This document shows, in pieces, positions 50,598 through 61,051 of a stretch of 64,000 bases of DNA. A program made the position numbers and the translations under genes. Each line of letters starts with the position of its first letter. Positions within the stretch are counted from its first letter, which is position 1. Source of the DNA: an uncultured Chloroflexia bacterium (GTDB taxonomy: Bacteria > Chloroflexota > Limnocylindria > Limnocylindrales > CSP1-4); NCBI GenBank assembly GCA_963796715.1, contig CAWCMN010000009.1, positions 262,546 to 326,545 of the forward strand. The letters are read 5' to 3'. A model generated the notes under the pieces. The model searched no databases. It saw only the letters and a list, made by a program, of their open reading frames with translations, and was not told the origin of the DNA.

Positions 50598-51349
50598 CCC
50601 CGGCGCCGCCCGGCCGCGACGATGTCGGGGACGTGGTGGAAGAGCGTCGGATCGGCGCGCCCGGGCAGGACGCGGATGAGGCCCGCCGGGCGGAGGCCCA
50701 TCGACGAGCGGCCGCGTGGCCCGTCCAGAGTGATCGAGTCCCGCCCCGTCGACACCTCCAGGACCGTGGCGTGCGCCCCTGGCACCAGGCCCTGCTGCTC
50801 CAGGTAGACGAGCAGCTCGGCGTCTTCCTCGGCCTGTTCGGTGATGCGGTAGATGGTGATCGTCGCGCCCGCCTCGACCTGGTTGAGCGCCGTCCCGCGG
50901 GGCCGGGTACGGGCAGCGGCTGCGTCGATGGGATTGCCGTGCGGGCACGTCGAGGGATAGCCGACAAGTTCCGCGATGGCGGCCTCCACCCGCGGCGACA
51001 CCGAACCCTGGAGACGGCCGGCCTCCTCGTCGGACTCGGCCCAGCCCAGCCCGATGACGGCTGTCAGCAGCCACTCCAGGAGCGAATGGCGACGGAAGAT
51101 CGTGTCCGCGGCCGCGCGGCCGGCCGGCGTCAGCGACAGTTCGCGCCCGTCGGCTGCCCGCACCAGTCCTTCGGCGGTCAGCCGGGCGAGCATCTCCGAG
51201 GCCGCCTGTGGCGAGACGTGGAGGCTGCGCGCGAGGACCGACGCCTGCGTCGTGGTGTCCCCGTCGGTCATGGCCCGCACGGCCAGGAGGTAGTGCTGGG
51301 CCGCCTCGGAGAGCGGCGTCTCCTCCGCCCGCGTCTCGCGTCGAGCCAT
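50594..51349 (-). CDS. DtxR/MntR family metal-dependent transcriptional regulator with a C-terminal FeoA/SH3-like domain
   Basis: HTH region (YLLAVRAM..TTTQASVLARSLHVSPQAASEMLARL), metal-site residues and a C-terminal SH3-like segment. ATG at 51349. Confidence 0.8.
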   Translation of the reverse strand: MARRETRAEETPLSEAAQHYLLAVRAMTDGDTTTQASVLARSLHVSPQAASEMLARLTAEGLVRAADGRELSLTPAGRAAADTIFRRHSLLEWLLTAVIGLGWAESDEEAGRLQGSVSPRVEAAIAELVGYPSTCPHGNPIDAAAARTRPRGTALNQVEAGATITIYRITEQAEEDAELLVYLEQQGLVPGAHATVLEVSTGRDSITLDGPRGRSSMGLRPAGLIRVLPGRADPTLFHHVPDIVAAGRRRG

Positions 51350-51433
51350 GGGCTCATGGTACCCGTCGGCCCCGACCAGCCTGGGTCGGATGCGCATGTA
51401 TCAAGGGCCCCTGACAGCGCCAATCAGGAGTGC

Positions 51434-51463
51434 TTGACACGTCGGACGCCGTCCCGCTAGCAT
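51434..51463 (+). promoter_or_regulatory. Sigma-70-like promoter TTGACA-N18-TAGCAT for the ZIP transporter gene
   Basis: Hexamers read directly in the divergent intergenic region. Confidence 0.45.
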
Positions 51464-51472
51464 CCGTGACGC

Positions 51473-51496
51473 AATCCCGACCCCCGTCGTCGGGAT
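51473..51496. promoter_or_regulatory. Perfect 9-bp inverted repeat AATCCCGAC-N6-GTCGGGATT, candidate metalloregulator operator or 5'-UTR hairpin
   Basis: Read directly, between the putative -10 and the ZIP start codon. Confidence 0.45.
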
Positions 51497-51572
51497 TGAC
51501 CACCGCCCCCGGCCCGCCGCAGGGGCCAGTCGACCCGGCCCAGCTTCGTCGCGTCCACCAGGAGGGCTCCGC

Positions 51573-52349
51573 GTGTCGTTCGCCCAGACCGTGCTTCTCG
51601 CCGCGTTCGCCGGCGCCACGATCTTCCTGGGCCTGCCGGTGGGGCGGCTGCGCGTGTCGACGCGCGTGCAGGTGATCCTGACGGCGGCCGCGGCAGGCGT
51701 CGTGCTGTTCCTCATCTGGGACATCCTGAGCAACGCCGTCGAGCCGCTCCAGACGGCCCTCGATCACGCGCAGGCGGGCACCGGGCCGGTGGGAGACGCA
51801 GTCGCCGACGCCGTGGCGCTCGCGGCGAGCCTGGCCATCGGCCTGCTGTCGATCGTCTGGTTGACCCGCCGGATGCGGGGCGCCCGAAATGAGATGGACC
51901 TGCGCCAGATCGCCCTCGGCACGGCGGTCGGGCTGGGCCTCCACAACTTCTCGGAAGGCCTTGCCATCGGCCAGTCGGCCGCCACGGGTGCCACGTCGCT
52001 GGCCCTGTTGCTCGTCATCGGTTTTGCGCTGCATAACGCGACCGAGGGCTTCGGCATCGCCGCGCCGCTGTCGTCGGGGCCGCAGCCCAGCTGGGGGTTC
52101 CTGGCGCTGGCCGGCGTCATCGGCGGCGGTCCGACCTTCCTCGGCGGCGTGGTCGGCTACACGTTCGTGTCGCCCCTCATCAGTATCATCTTCCTGGGGG
52201 TGGCGGCCGGGGCCCTGATCCATGTGTTCAACGAGATGGTGAGTGTCGCCCGGCGCTTCGCCGATCCCATGGCTGCCAACGCGGCCCTCGTGGCCGGCCT
52301 CATCGTGGCCCTCGCGACGGACATCATCCTGACGCTCGCCGGAGCCTGA
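51573..52349 (+). CDS. ZIP family metal transporter (ZupT-like)
   Basis: 8 TM and the signature LHNFSEGLAIG / HNATEGF motifs. GTG start with AGGAGGG upstream. Confidence 0.85.
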   Translation: MSFAQTVLLAAFAGATIFLGLPVGRLRVSTRVQVILTAAAAGVVLFLIWDILSNAVEPLQTALDHAQAGTGPVGDAVADAVALAASLAIGLLSIVWLTRRMRGARNEMDLRQIALGTAVGLGLHNFSEGLAIGQSAATGATSLALLLVIGFALHNATEGFGIAAPLSSGPQPSWGFLALAGVIGGGPTFLGGVVGYTFVSPLISIIFLGVAAGALIHVFNEMVSVARRFADPMAANAALVAGLIVALATDIILTLAGA

Positions 52350-52425
52350 TCGGGCCTCGCCGGACCTCGCCGACGAGCCGACTGGTCTATCGTCGTTGGC
52401 CAGCCGATCCACATGGAGGCCCTGG

Positions 52426-52902
52426 ATGATCAGCGAACCGGTTCGTGCTCTGCTCGTGGCCCAGGTCGGGCACGAGCTCGGAGCTCACCAGATGTACATG
52501 GGCATCGGGCTCAGCTTCGAGCGGCAGAGCCTGAACGGGTGGGCCAAATTCTTCCGTGACCAGGCCATCGAAGAGGCCGGCCACGCGACACGGATCGCCT
52601 CGTTCCTCATCGACAACGAGGTGCCGTTCGACCTGCCGGCGGTGCGATCCGCGGTGACCACCTACGCGTCCGCCAAGGAGGCCGTCCAGGCGGCGCTCGC
52701 CAGCGAGGTGCGCGTCACGGCCCAGTTCGACGCCCTGGCCGCGGCCGCCACGAAGGCCGGCGACCACCGCAGCCTGCAGTTCCTGCAGTGGTTCATCGAT
52801 GAGCAGGTGGAAGAGGAGCGCACGATGCGCGGCCTCCTCGACCTCCTGGCCAGTGGCGTCAACCTCTTCCAGGCTGAGCCGCTCCTGGAGAAACTGGGCT
52901 GA
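52426..52902 (+). CDS. Ferritin-like iron-storage protein
   Basis: Ferritin di-iron site pattern (E...E..H, EEAGHA, QFLQWFIDEQVEEE). ATG at 52426 with GGAGG upstream. Confidence 0.8.
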   Translation: MISEPVRALLVAQVGHELGAHQMYMGIGLSFERQSLNGWAKFFRDQAIEEAGHATRIASFLIDNEVPFDLPAVRSAVTTYASAKEAVQAALASEVRVTAQFDALAAAATKAGDHRSLQFLQWFIDEQVEEERTMRGLLDLLASGVNLFQAEPLLEKLG

Positions 52903-53305
52903 TCGTGGCCCGGGGCATTCGGGGGGCATCGTCGAGCCATCGCCGAGCCCGCCGCCGGGCCTGGGTGCCATCGTCGTCACGCCATCGTTCGGGGCGTTGT
53001 TGTTCAGTCCCCAAGGGACTCGTAAGCGCCCCCGCGCGGTATCCGTCGTCGGCCGAGCGCGTCTGTAGTCGCCAGCCGACTGGGCGACAACAGGTTGGTC
53101 CGCTGGGGGCGCTTACCAGTCTCCACGCGACTGGACGACAACGTGACCTGTCGCGCCGTCCGGTGGGGCGTGTGACGACTGCCTCGACCCGGCACCGGGC
53201 AGCGCGCATCCAGCTGACGGCGGCCTCGTAGACTGGGGCCAGCCACGAGACCTCGTGTCCGAGGCGCGCTGTCCGCGGCGTCAAGCGCATGTGCAGGGAG
53301 GACCC

Positions 53306-54277
53306 GTGGCCCGACTGGTCGAGTGCGTGCCCAACTTCAGTGAGGGCCGCCGGCCGGAGGTGGTCGACCAGCTGGTGGCCGCCGTGGCGACGACGCCGGA
53401 CGTCTACCTCCTGGACCGCACGTCGGATGCGGACCACAACCGTTCGGTGCTGACGTTCGCCGGGCCGCCGGAGCCGGTCGTGGTGGCCATGGAAGCGGCG
53501 GTCGCCGTGGCCCTGCGGCGCATCGACATGACCGTCCACGAAGGCCAACATCCACGCATCGGGGCCGTGGACGTGGTGCCGTTCGTGCCGCTTGGCGACA
53601 GCACCATCGACGAGTGCGTCGAGCTGGCACGACGGTTCGGCGAACGGGTCGCGGAGCGCTTCGACCTGCCGGTCTACCTCTACGCACGGGCGGCGACCCG
53701 GCCCGACCGGGTCGTCCTGGCGGATCTGCGCCGCCCGCAGTTCGAGGGCCTGCGCCAGACCATCGGCCAGCATGGACGGGAGCCCGACTTCGGCCCACCG
53801 CGGCTGCATCCGACCGGTGGCGCGGTCGCCGTCGGGGCGCGGCCGTTCCTCATCGCCTACAACATCAACCTCGCCTCGCCCGACGTGGACCTTGCCAAGC
53901 GCATCGCGCGGCGGGTCCGCGAAAGCTCGGGCGGCCTGCCACGCGTGCAGGCCCTGGGCCTGCCGCTGGAGGAGCTGGGCTGTGCCCAGGTCTCGATGAA
54001 CCTGCTGGACTTCAGCGTGACCTCGCTCTGGCTGGTCTGGGAGACGGTCCGGGCGCTCGCAGCGGACGAGGGCGTCGAGCTGCGCGAGTCCGAGCTCATC
54101 GGCCTGGCGCCCCTGGCGGCGCTGCGCGACGTGGCGGATCACATCGACGTGCCGCCCGACCGCCCGGTGGAGGCGCGCCTGCGTGCTGCGGCCGAGTGGC
54201 TGCGCATCCGCGACTTCCGGCCCGACATGGCGCTGGAGCTGCGGCTGACGGCGGCCATGGGCGGAGCTGCAGCATGA
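53306..54277 (+). CDS. ftcD: Glutamate formimidoyltransferase (FtcD N-terminal formiminotransferase domain only)
   Basis: Hallmark VECVPNFSEGR plus the rest of the formiminotransferase N and C subdomains. GGAGGA lies 5 nt upstream of GTG 53306. No cyclodeaminase domain. Confidence 0.8.
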   Translation: MARLVECVPNFSEGRRPEVVDQLVAAVATTPDVYLLDRTSDADHNRSVLTFAGPPEPVVVAMEAAVAVALRRIDMTVHEGQHPRIGAVDVVPFVPLGDSTIDECVELARRFGERVAERFDLPVYLYARAATRPDRVVLADLRRPQFEGLRQTIGQHGREPDFGPPRLHPTGGAVAVGARPFLIAYNINLASPDVDLAKRIARRVRESSGGLPRVQALGLPLEELGCAQVSMNLLDFSVTSLWLVWETVRALAADEGVELRESELIGLAPLAALRDVADHIDVPPDRPVEARLRAAAEWLRIRDFRPDMALELRLTAAMGGAAA

Positions 54278-55617
54278 CGCTCCGCGTCCTGGCCGGCGGC
54301 CGCGGGCGCAGCGGCGCCAGGCCGGGCCTGCTCGTCACGGGCGCGGCCGAGATCACGACGTTCGCCGGCGGCGTCCGCCGCGGTGCCGCCCAGGACGAGG
54401 CGGCCGCCCTGACCGGCGATCGGCCGGAGCTGGCCGTGTTTGACGGGCGCATCGTGGCCCTGGGGACTCACGATGAGGTGCAACGTGGACTCGAGGCAGA
54501 GGGCCTGACCGACGAGCGGCGCTTCACGACCCTCGACGCGCGTGGCGGCACGGTCACGCCCGGGCTCATCGACCCGCACACCCACCTGCTCTTCGCCGGC
54601 ACGCGCGAGGCGGAACTGCGGCTGCGCCAGCGCGGCGCGGGCTACCTGGAGGTCCTCGCCGTCGGCGGCGGGATCCTGGCCACGGTGGCCCGCACGCGCG
54701 AGGCATCCGAGGAGGAGCTGGCGGACCACGGGCGCCACTGGCTGGACCAGATGCTGGCCCACGGCGTGACCACGGTCGAGGCCAAGTCAGGGTACGGGCT
54801 TGATCGAGCGACCGAACTGCGGCTCCTCGAGGTGGCCGCCCGCCTGGGTGCCGAGGGTCCGGTGGAGGTGGTGCCGACCTTCCTCGGTGCGCACGCCGTG
54901 CCGGCCGAGTTCCGTGACCGGCCCGAGCCGGCCGAAGCCTACCTGCGGTCGGTGATGCGTGACCAGCTGCCGGCCGTCGCGGCGCAGGGCAGGGCACGGT
55001 TCTGCGACGTCTTCTGCGAGGCCGGCGTCTTCACCGCGGACCAGTCGCGGCGGCTGCTCGTGGAGGCCCAGCGGCTGGGGCTGGAGCCGCGCCTCCATGC
55101 CGACGAGCTGGAGCCGTCGGGCGGTGCCGAGCTGGCGGCCGAGCTTGGCGCGGCCTCCGCCGACCACCTGGCCGCGCCGTCACGGGAGGGCGTCGCGGCC
55201 CTCGCCCAGGCGGCAGCCGGCGACACACCGGTGGTGGCCACCGTCCTGCCGGCCACGAGCCTCTTCCTCATGAAGGACCATGGCGCGCCGGCCAGGACGT
55301 TCATCGAGCGGGGCATCCCGGTCGCCCTTGGCACCGACTTCAACCCCGGCACGTCGCCCACGCCGAACCTGCCGCTCGTGGTGTCCCTGGCGGTGTTGCG
55401 CCTGGGGCTCACGCCCACCGAGGCCCTGGCGGCCGTGACCATCAACGCCGCCCAGGCGCTCCACCTCACCCAGACGCACGGCTCGCTCGAGGTCGGCAAG
55501 CAGGCCGACCTCGTCGTGTGGGACGTGCCTGGCCACGAGCTGATCCCGTACTGGCTTGGCGCCGACCTGGTGCGCGCCGTCGTCAAGCAGGGCCAGGTGG
55601 TGCTCGCCCGAAGCTGA
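54274..55617 (+). CDS. hutI: Imidazolonepropionase
   Basis: Amidohydrolase motifs PGLIDPHTHL and HADE. The ATG overlaps the ftcD stop (ATGA). Confidence 0.9.
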   Translation: MTLRVLAGGRGRSGARPGLLVTGAAEITTFAGGVRRGAAQDEAAALTGDRPELAVFDGRIVALGTHDEVQRGLEAEGLTDERRFTTLDARGGTVTPGLIDPHTHLLFAGTREAELRLRQRGAGYLEVLAVGGGILATVARTREASEEELADHGRHWLDQMLAHGVTTVEAKSGYGLDRATELRLLEVAARLGAEGPVEVVPTFLGAHAVPAEFRDRPEPAEAYLRSVMRDQLPAVAAQGRARFCDVFCEAGVFTADQSRRLLVEAQRLGLEPRLHADELEPSGGAELAAELGAASADHLAAPSREGVAALAQAAAGDTPVVATVLPATSLFLMKDHGAPARTFIERGIPVALGTDFNPGTSPTPNLPLVVSLAVLRLGLTPTEALAAVTINAAQALHLTQTHGSLEVGKQADLVVWDVPGHELIPYWLGADLVRAVVKQGQVVLARS

Positions 55618-55638
55618 CAGCCAGGGCGGCCCCGCGGA

Positions 55639-56325
55639 TCAGCCGCGGCCGCGCTGCTCCAGCATGATGAGCGTCAGCTCCTGGGGCACGGACGAGACGG
55701 TCACGACGAGGCGCGCCTGGGTGGCAGGCGCCTGCCCGACGCCCATCTCGTGCAGGAACCGGGCGACCTGCTGCTGGCCCTCTGCCTCGTCCTCGGCGAC
55801 CGCCAGCGGCACGACCAGGTTGGCATCGAGCTGGGCGACCAGCTCCGAGGCGCGGACGGCGGTCAGGCGGCCGCCGATGGGGATGCAGACCACGTCGACC
55901 GTACCGATCTCCCCGATCATCGCCTCGGTCAGCGGGTGGCCGATGTCCCCCATGTGCACCGCGTGGAGTCCGTCGAGCTCGTAGACGAAGGCCACGTTGG
56001 GACCGTCGACCGCGCCCTTCTGGTCGTCGCGGAAGGTGCGCACCCCGTTGATCAGGACGTGGCGGATCTCGTACTCGCCGGGCCCGTCGAGCTGGAACGC
56101 CGGCTCCAGGCTGGTGGGGCGGACCACCCGGCCGTCGGGCGTGGCGTGCGCCCCGCGCCTGCCGCGGCTGACTTCGGGATGCGGATCGGCGTGGCTGTAC
56201 GTGACGATGTCCGCCGTGAGGCCGCGGCCGGTCGGCCCGACCACGCTGCGGTACGCGTCCGCGGCGATCGTGCCTTCCTTGCCACGCAAGCGTACGCAGC
56301 CGCCGCCGTACCAGCTGATCTCCAC
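55639..56325 (-). CDS. MBL-fold metallo-hydrolase (UPF0173-like)
   Basis: HADPHPE and VHMGDIGH motifs. GTG 56325 was chosen because the TTG at 56370 lies inside a stable hairpin. Confidence 0.6.
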   Translation of the reverse strand: MEISWYGGGCVRLRGKEGTIAADAYRSVVGPTGRGLTADIVTYSHADPHPEVSRGRRGAHATPDGRVVRPTSLEPAFQLDGPGEYEIRHVLINGVRTFRDDQKGAVDGPNVAFVYELDGLHAVHMGDIGHPLTEAMIGEIGTVDVVCIPIGGRLTAVRASELVAQLDANLVVPLAVAEDEAEGQQQVARFLHEMGVGQAPATQARLVVTVSSVPQELTLIMLEQRGRG

Positions 56326-56353
56326 GTGGCGATTCTGCCAGACAAGGGAGAAC

Positions 56354-56382
56354 GGGGAGCGCCTGCCCAATCGGCGCTCCCC
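56354..56382 (-). terminator. Stable hairpin GGGGAGCGCC-N9-GGCGCTCCCC downstream of argS
   Basis: 10-bp perfect stem read directly. On the minus strand it is followed by GTTCTCCCTTGTCTGG, a weak T-tract. Confidence 0.4.
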
Positions 56383-56509
56383 GTTCGGAGGGAGGGAGAG
56401 GGAACTGGAAGCGGTGGGCTTCTCAATTCCGCAGTCCGTACGCTACCGGGGCTCCATGAAGCGACAAGCGCCGACTCGATGAAGAAACCGACACCTCGCC
56501 TGTTCGGAT

Positions 56510-58216
56510 CTACATCGCCTCGGGGGCCGAGATGCCCAGCAGGGCCAGGGCGTTGGCGAGCGCGAGACGGGTCGCGTCGACGAGCCTGAGCCGCCGCGCG
56601 GACGTCGCTGGATCGGCTGGATCGACCACCCGCCGATCCCGGTAGTAGGCGTGGAAGGTCGTCGCCAGCTCGGTGGCGTAGGTGGGCACGCCCTGCGTCT
56701 CCTCGGCCGCGGCGGCATCCTCCACCACCTCCGGCAGGCGCAGCACGATCTTCGCCAGGCCCTGCGCGACCTCGTCACCCTCGAGCCCCCCGGTCATCGA
56801 CGCGGCCGGCGTCAGGCCTGCCTCGGCCGCCTTGCGGAGGAGCGAGGCGATGCGCGCGTGCGCGTACTGCACGTAGTAGACGGGGTTCTCGGCCGACTGC
56901 TTCTTGGCCAGCTCGATGTCGAAGTCGATGCCCACGGTCGCCCCGCGGGCGGCGAAGAACCAGCGGGCGGCGTCGACGCCGATCTCGCTCAGCAGCTCGT
57001 CGAGGGTGATGAACTCGCCGGCCCGCTTGGACATGGAGATCTCGCGGCCCTCGCGCACGAAGCGCACCCAGGCGATGAGCAGGACGCGCACCGACTCCTC
57101 CGGCAGGCCCATCGCCAGCGCCGCGTTGCGCAGCCGGGCCACCGTCCCGTGATGGTCCTGGCCCCACAGGTAGAGCAGCGGGTCGAAGCCGCGCTCCCAC
57201 TTGTCCAGGACGTAGCCGATGTCGGAGCCGAAGTAGGTGAAGTCGCCGTTCGAGCGGCGCACGACGCGGTCCTTGTCGTCGCCATATTCGGTCGAGCGGA
57301 ACCACAGGGCGCCGTCCTGCTCGAACAGCTTGCCGGCCGCCTGCAGCCGCTCGACGGCACGCGCGACCCAGCCGTCCCGGTACAGGGAGCTCTCGCTCTT
57401 CCACACGTCGAAGCGCACACCGAGGCGGGCGAGTGACGCCTCGATGCCCGCCCGGACGCGCTCCGAGGCCCACCGCCCGACGACGTCATCCGCATCTGCG
57501 CCCGCGGCCGCGGCCGCGGCCAGCACGTCGGCGGGGAGCTCACCGGCCAGCTCCGCCACGTAGTCGCCGCGGTAGCCGTCCTCCGGCACGAGGCGGCCCT
57601 CACGGAGCGCCAGCACCGACGCGCCAAGGTGGCGGACCTGTGCCCCGAAGTCGTTGAAGTAGTACTCGCGCGTGACCTGGTGGCCGGCCCCCTCGAGCAC
57701 GCGGCAGAGGAGGTCGCCCACGAACGCCCCGCGCGCGTTGCCGATGTGCAGCGGGCCCGTGGGGTTGGCCGAGACGAACTCCACGTTGATGTGCCGGGGA
57801 TGCGCCTGGGCGAGCCGCCCGAACCCCGGGCCGGCCGCCAGCCCCGCGTCGATGGTCGCCTCCAGCCAGCCGGGGGCGAGCCGCATGTTGACGAAGCCCG
57901 GCGCGACCGCGGTCACGTCGGAGAGGAGCGGCACGCCGCCTGCAGCGGCCGACTCCGCGCGGAGCGCGGCGGCAAGCGCCTCAGCGATGGCCAGGGGCGC
58001 CCGCCGCATCGGTCGGGCAAGCTTCAGGCCGAGGTTCGTGGCCAGGTCGCCGTGGGCGGGATCGGCCGGGTGCGAGACCTCGATGACCGGACGGTCGGCG
58101 TCGGGCACGCCGGGCAGTGCGCCGCCGGACTCGGCTGCCAGCCAGGCGCGCTCGAGCAGGTCGTGGACCGCTCGTCGAGCGGAAGGCAAGGCGGCGGTAT
58201 CTCCGGTGGGGACCAT
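56510..58216 (-). CDS. argS: Arginine--tRNA ligase
   Basis: HIGNARG (class I HIGH) and KMSKR-like ISMSKRAG, with full ArgS architecture. ATG at 58216. Confidence 0.95.
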   Translation of the reverse strand: MVPTGDTAALPSARRAVHDLLERAWLAAESGGALPGVPDADRPVIEVSHPADPAHGDLATNLGLKLARPMRRAPLAIAEALAAALRAESAAAGGVPLLSDVTAVAPGFVNMRLAPGWLEATIDAGLAAGPGFGRLAQAHPRHINVEFVSANPTGPLHIGNARGAFVGDLLCRVLEGAGHQVTREYYFNDFGAQVRHLGASVLALREGRLVPEDGYRGDYVAELAGELPADVLAAAAAAGADADDVVGRWASERVRAGIEASLARLGVRFDVWKSESSLYRDGWVARAVERLQAAGKLFEQDGALWFRSTEYGDDKDRVVRRSNGDFTYFGSDIGYVLDKWERGFDPLLYLWGQDHHGTVARLRNAALAMGLPEESVRVLLIAWVRFVREGREISMSKRAGEFITLDELLSEIGVDAARWFFAARGATVGIDFDIELAKKQSAENPVYYVQYAHARIASLLRKAAEAGLTPAASMTGGLEGDEVAQGLAKIVLRLPEVVEDAAAAEETQGVPTYATELATTFHAYYRDRRVVDPADPATSARRLRLVDATRLALANALALLGISAPEAM

Positions 58217-58457
58217 CGGCCAGAGCGTACCCGTTCCGGTGGCCCGCCGAAGGTCATGGTCTGGGGAGGACCGATTGCGTTGCTGCGACACAACGGGCGG
58301 TGTCGGTCAGGTGCAGACTGGTGGGGTCCGGTCCACCGAGGGGTCAGTCGAAGGTCCTAGACAACCCCAGGACCGAAGGCCACTATCAAGGTCATCAATC
58401 GGACCAGTGGCGCCGACCTTCATCCCGGCGCCCGAGCACTCATCGAAAGGGCGTCAT

Positions 58458-59202
<745 letters not shown>

Positions 59203-59248
59203 TCCGATGAACCGGGCGCGACCCGATCGCGCCCAACTCGCCGCCACA

Positions 59249-59283
59249 GGACGGACGCCGGCCCCTGAACCGGCGTCCGTTCC
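59249..59283. terminator. Strong hairpin GGACGGACGCCGG-N8-CCGGCGTCCGTTCC between convergent genes
   Basis: Read directly. It is followed on the plus strand by TGTTCGC. Confidence 0.4.
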
Positions 59284-59289
59284 TGTTCG

Positions 59290-60042
59290 CTAGTCGATCT
59301 CGACCTGGAGCCCCGGGCGCGCGAGCTCGACAGGACCGTGGAACGTCCGGCGGGCGCCGGCCGCGGCACCCCGCAGGTTCTCGTCGAGGACATGGGTCAG
59401 CAGCAGCCGGCTCGCGCCGCCATCGCTGGCCGCCTGCCCGGCCTGGGCAGACGTGAGGTGCTCCACCTCGTCCACGGGAGCGGCGTTCCCGAAGCTCGCC
59501 TCGGACAGCAGGACGTCGCCCGGCCGCAGCAGGGCGACCAGGTCCTCCGGGCGGCCGCAGTCGCCGGAGTAGACCAGGCCCTTGCCATGGCCCTGGCCGC
59601 GACCGAGGGTCACGCGGAAGCCGAAGCTCGCGTCGGTGTGCGTCACCCGCCCGACCGTCACGCGGAAGGGCCCGATCTCGCGCGTCCCGGGCTCCAGCGC
59701 CGGCTCCGCGCCAAGGACGTCCAGGAAACCCGCCTCGCCGTTGAGCTCGTCGTAGCGCCGCCGCAGGTCGACAGGCGCGTGGAGCGCGACATGCCCGGCG
59801 GGATGCGGGGCGTACATCAAGTAGTGGCGCAGCGGGATGAGGTCGATGTGGTGGTCGGGATGCAGATGGCTGATCAGGATCGCGGTGAGGCTGGCCGGCT
59901 CGCGCCGTCGGGCGAGGTTGGCGAAGCTGCCGTGACCCAGGTCCAGCAGGAGGGCCGCCGGTCCGTGCTCGACGAGGTAGCAGGATGAGCTGAGGCGGCG
60001 CCGCGTGTAGGCGGGCCCCGGTCCGACCACCGTGAGCCTCAT
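59290..60042 (-). CDS. MBL-fold metallo-hydrolase (RNase Z / beta-lactamase-domain-like)
   Basis: HLHPDHH motif (HxHxDH) plus downstream His/Asp ligands. 250 aa. Confidence 0.7.
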   Translation of the reverse strand: MRLTVVGPGPAYTRRRLSSSCYLVEHGPAALLLDLGHGSFANLARRREPASLTAILISHLHPDHHIDLIPLRHYLMYAPHPAGHVALHAPVDLRRRYDELNGEAGFLDVLGAEPALEPGTREIGPFRVTVGRVTHTDASFGFRVTLGRGQGHGKGLVYSGDCGRPEDLVALLRPGDVLLSEASFGNAAPVDEVEHLTSAQAGQAASDGGASRLLLTHVLDENLRGAAAGARRTFHGPVELARPGLQVEID

Positions 60043-60935
60043 CGCGCCCCCTCCGCCACCAGCGGGCGAGTGGCCAGATCGATCTCGACGGGGCCCCCGC
60101 CACGTCTGAAGGTCAGGCGTTCGAAGCCGGCCTCACGAAGCACCGCGTAGGCCTCGGGCAGGGCGCCCGCGAAGCTCGCCACGCGATGGGCGTCCGACCC
60201 GGCCACGACGCGCGACCCTCCGAGGGTCCTGAAGCGGGCCACCACGTCCGCCGGTGGGTAGGGCTCGCCGGGATGCGGGAAGGGGCCGGGGATGTCGGTG
60301 CGCAGGCCCGAGCTGTTGACTTCCAGCGCCACGCCCGTCTCGACGAGCGCGTGGAGGACGGTGTCGTAGATGTCGGCGTGCGCCTCGAACTCGAACGGTC
60401 CGTAGTAGGGGACGAGCCAGCGCTTGATGACGTCGAGATGGCCGAGCGTGTCGAAGAGCCCGCTCCGGATCGCGCCGAGCACCTCCGCCCAGTACCACTC
60501 GCCCGCCTCTTCCACCGTGCGCGACCGGGTCCACGCGGCAGCCGTCGCCGCGCGCGCCAGGGGGTGCTCCCGCGCCACATGGATCGACCCGATGACGTAG
60601 TCGTACGCGTGGGCGCGCAGGTGCTCCCGGATCGCCCCCTCGTAGTGCGCCTGATAGGTCACCTCGACGCCCAGGCGGATCGCCGGCCGGCCCTCCCAGC
60701 GTTCGGCGGCCTCGCGCACGACGCGCTCGCGTCGGTCGAACTCCGTGTAGCCGTAGGCAGGTGCCCCGGGCTCGAAGTCCAGGTGGTCGGTGATGGCCAG
60801 CTCGGCCACATTCCTCGCCCGGGCCAGCGCCGCATAGGCGTCGAGGGGCACGTCGGCGTCCGGGGACAGGTCGGTGTGGAGGTGCGCGTCCAGCGGGAGG
60901 TCGAGCGCCGCTGCGGTGGGCTCGGTCGGGGTCAT
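60039..60935 (-). CDS. PHP-domain phosphoesterase (histidinol-phosphatase HisJ family-like)
   Basis: LDAHLHTDLS (PHP motif I), ITDHLD and later His/Asp motifs. ATG at 60935 and a 4-nt overlap with the downstream gene. Confidence 0.7.
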   Translation of the reverse strand: MTPTEPTAAALDLPLDAHLHTDLSPDADVPLDAYAALARARNVAELAITDHLDFEPGAPAYGYTEFDRRERVVREAAERWEGRPAIRLGVEVTYQAHYEGAIREHLRAHAYDYVIGSIHVAREHPLARAATAAAWTRSRTVEEAGEWYWAEVLGAIRSGLFDTLGHLDVIKRWLVPYYGPFEFEAHADIYDTVLHALVETGVALEVNSSGLRTDIPGPFPHPGEPYPPADVVARFRTLGGSRVVAGSDAHRVASFAGALPEAYAVLREAGFERLTFRRGGGPVEIDLATRPLVAEGAR

Positions 60936-61051
60936 CGGCCACAGCGTACAGGAGCGACCGGTGCGCTCGGGCGGCGCGGCCCCCGCCCGTCCGCTAGCAT
61001 CGGCACGATGCACACGATGGGCGGGCCCCGGTCCCTCGCGCGGAGCCGCGC

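Noticed and set aside
52859-54142. 427-aa minus-strand ORF over ferritin and ftcD
   Set aside because: Antisense to two motif-bearing genes (ferritin di-iron site, VECVPNFSEGR). No motifs of its own.
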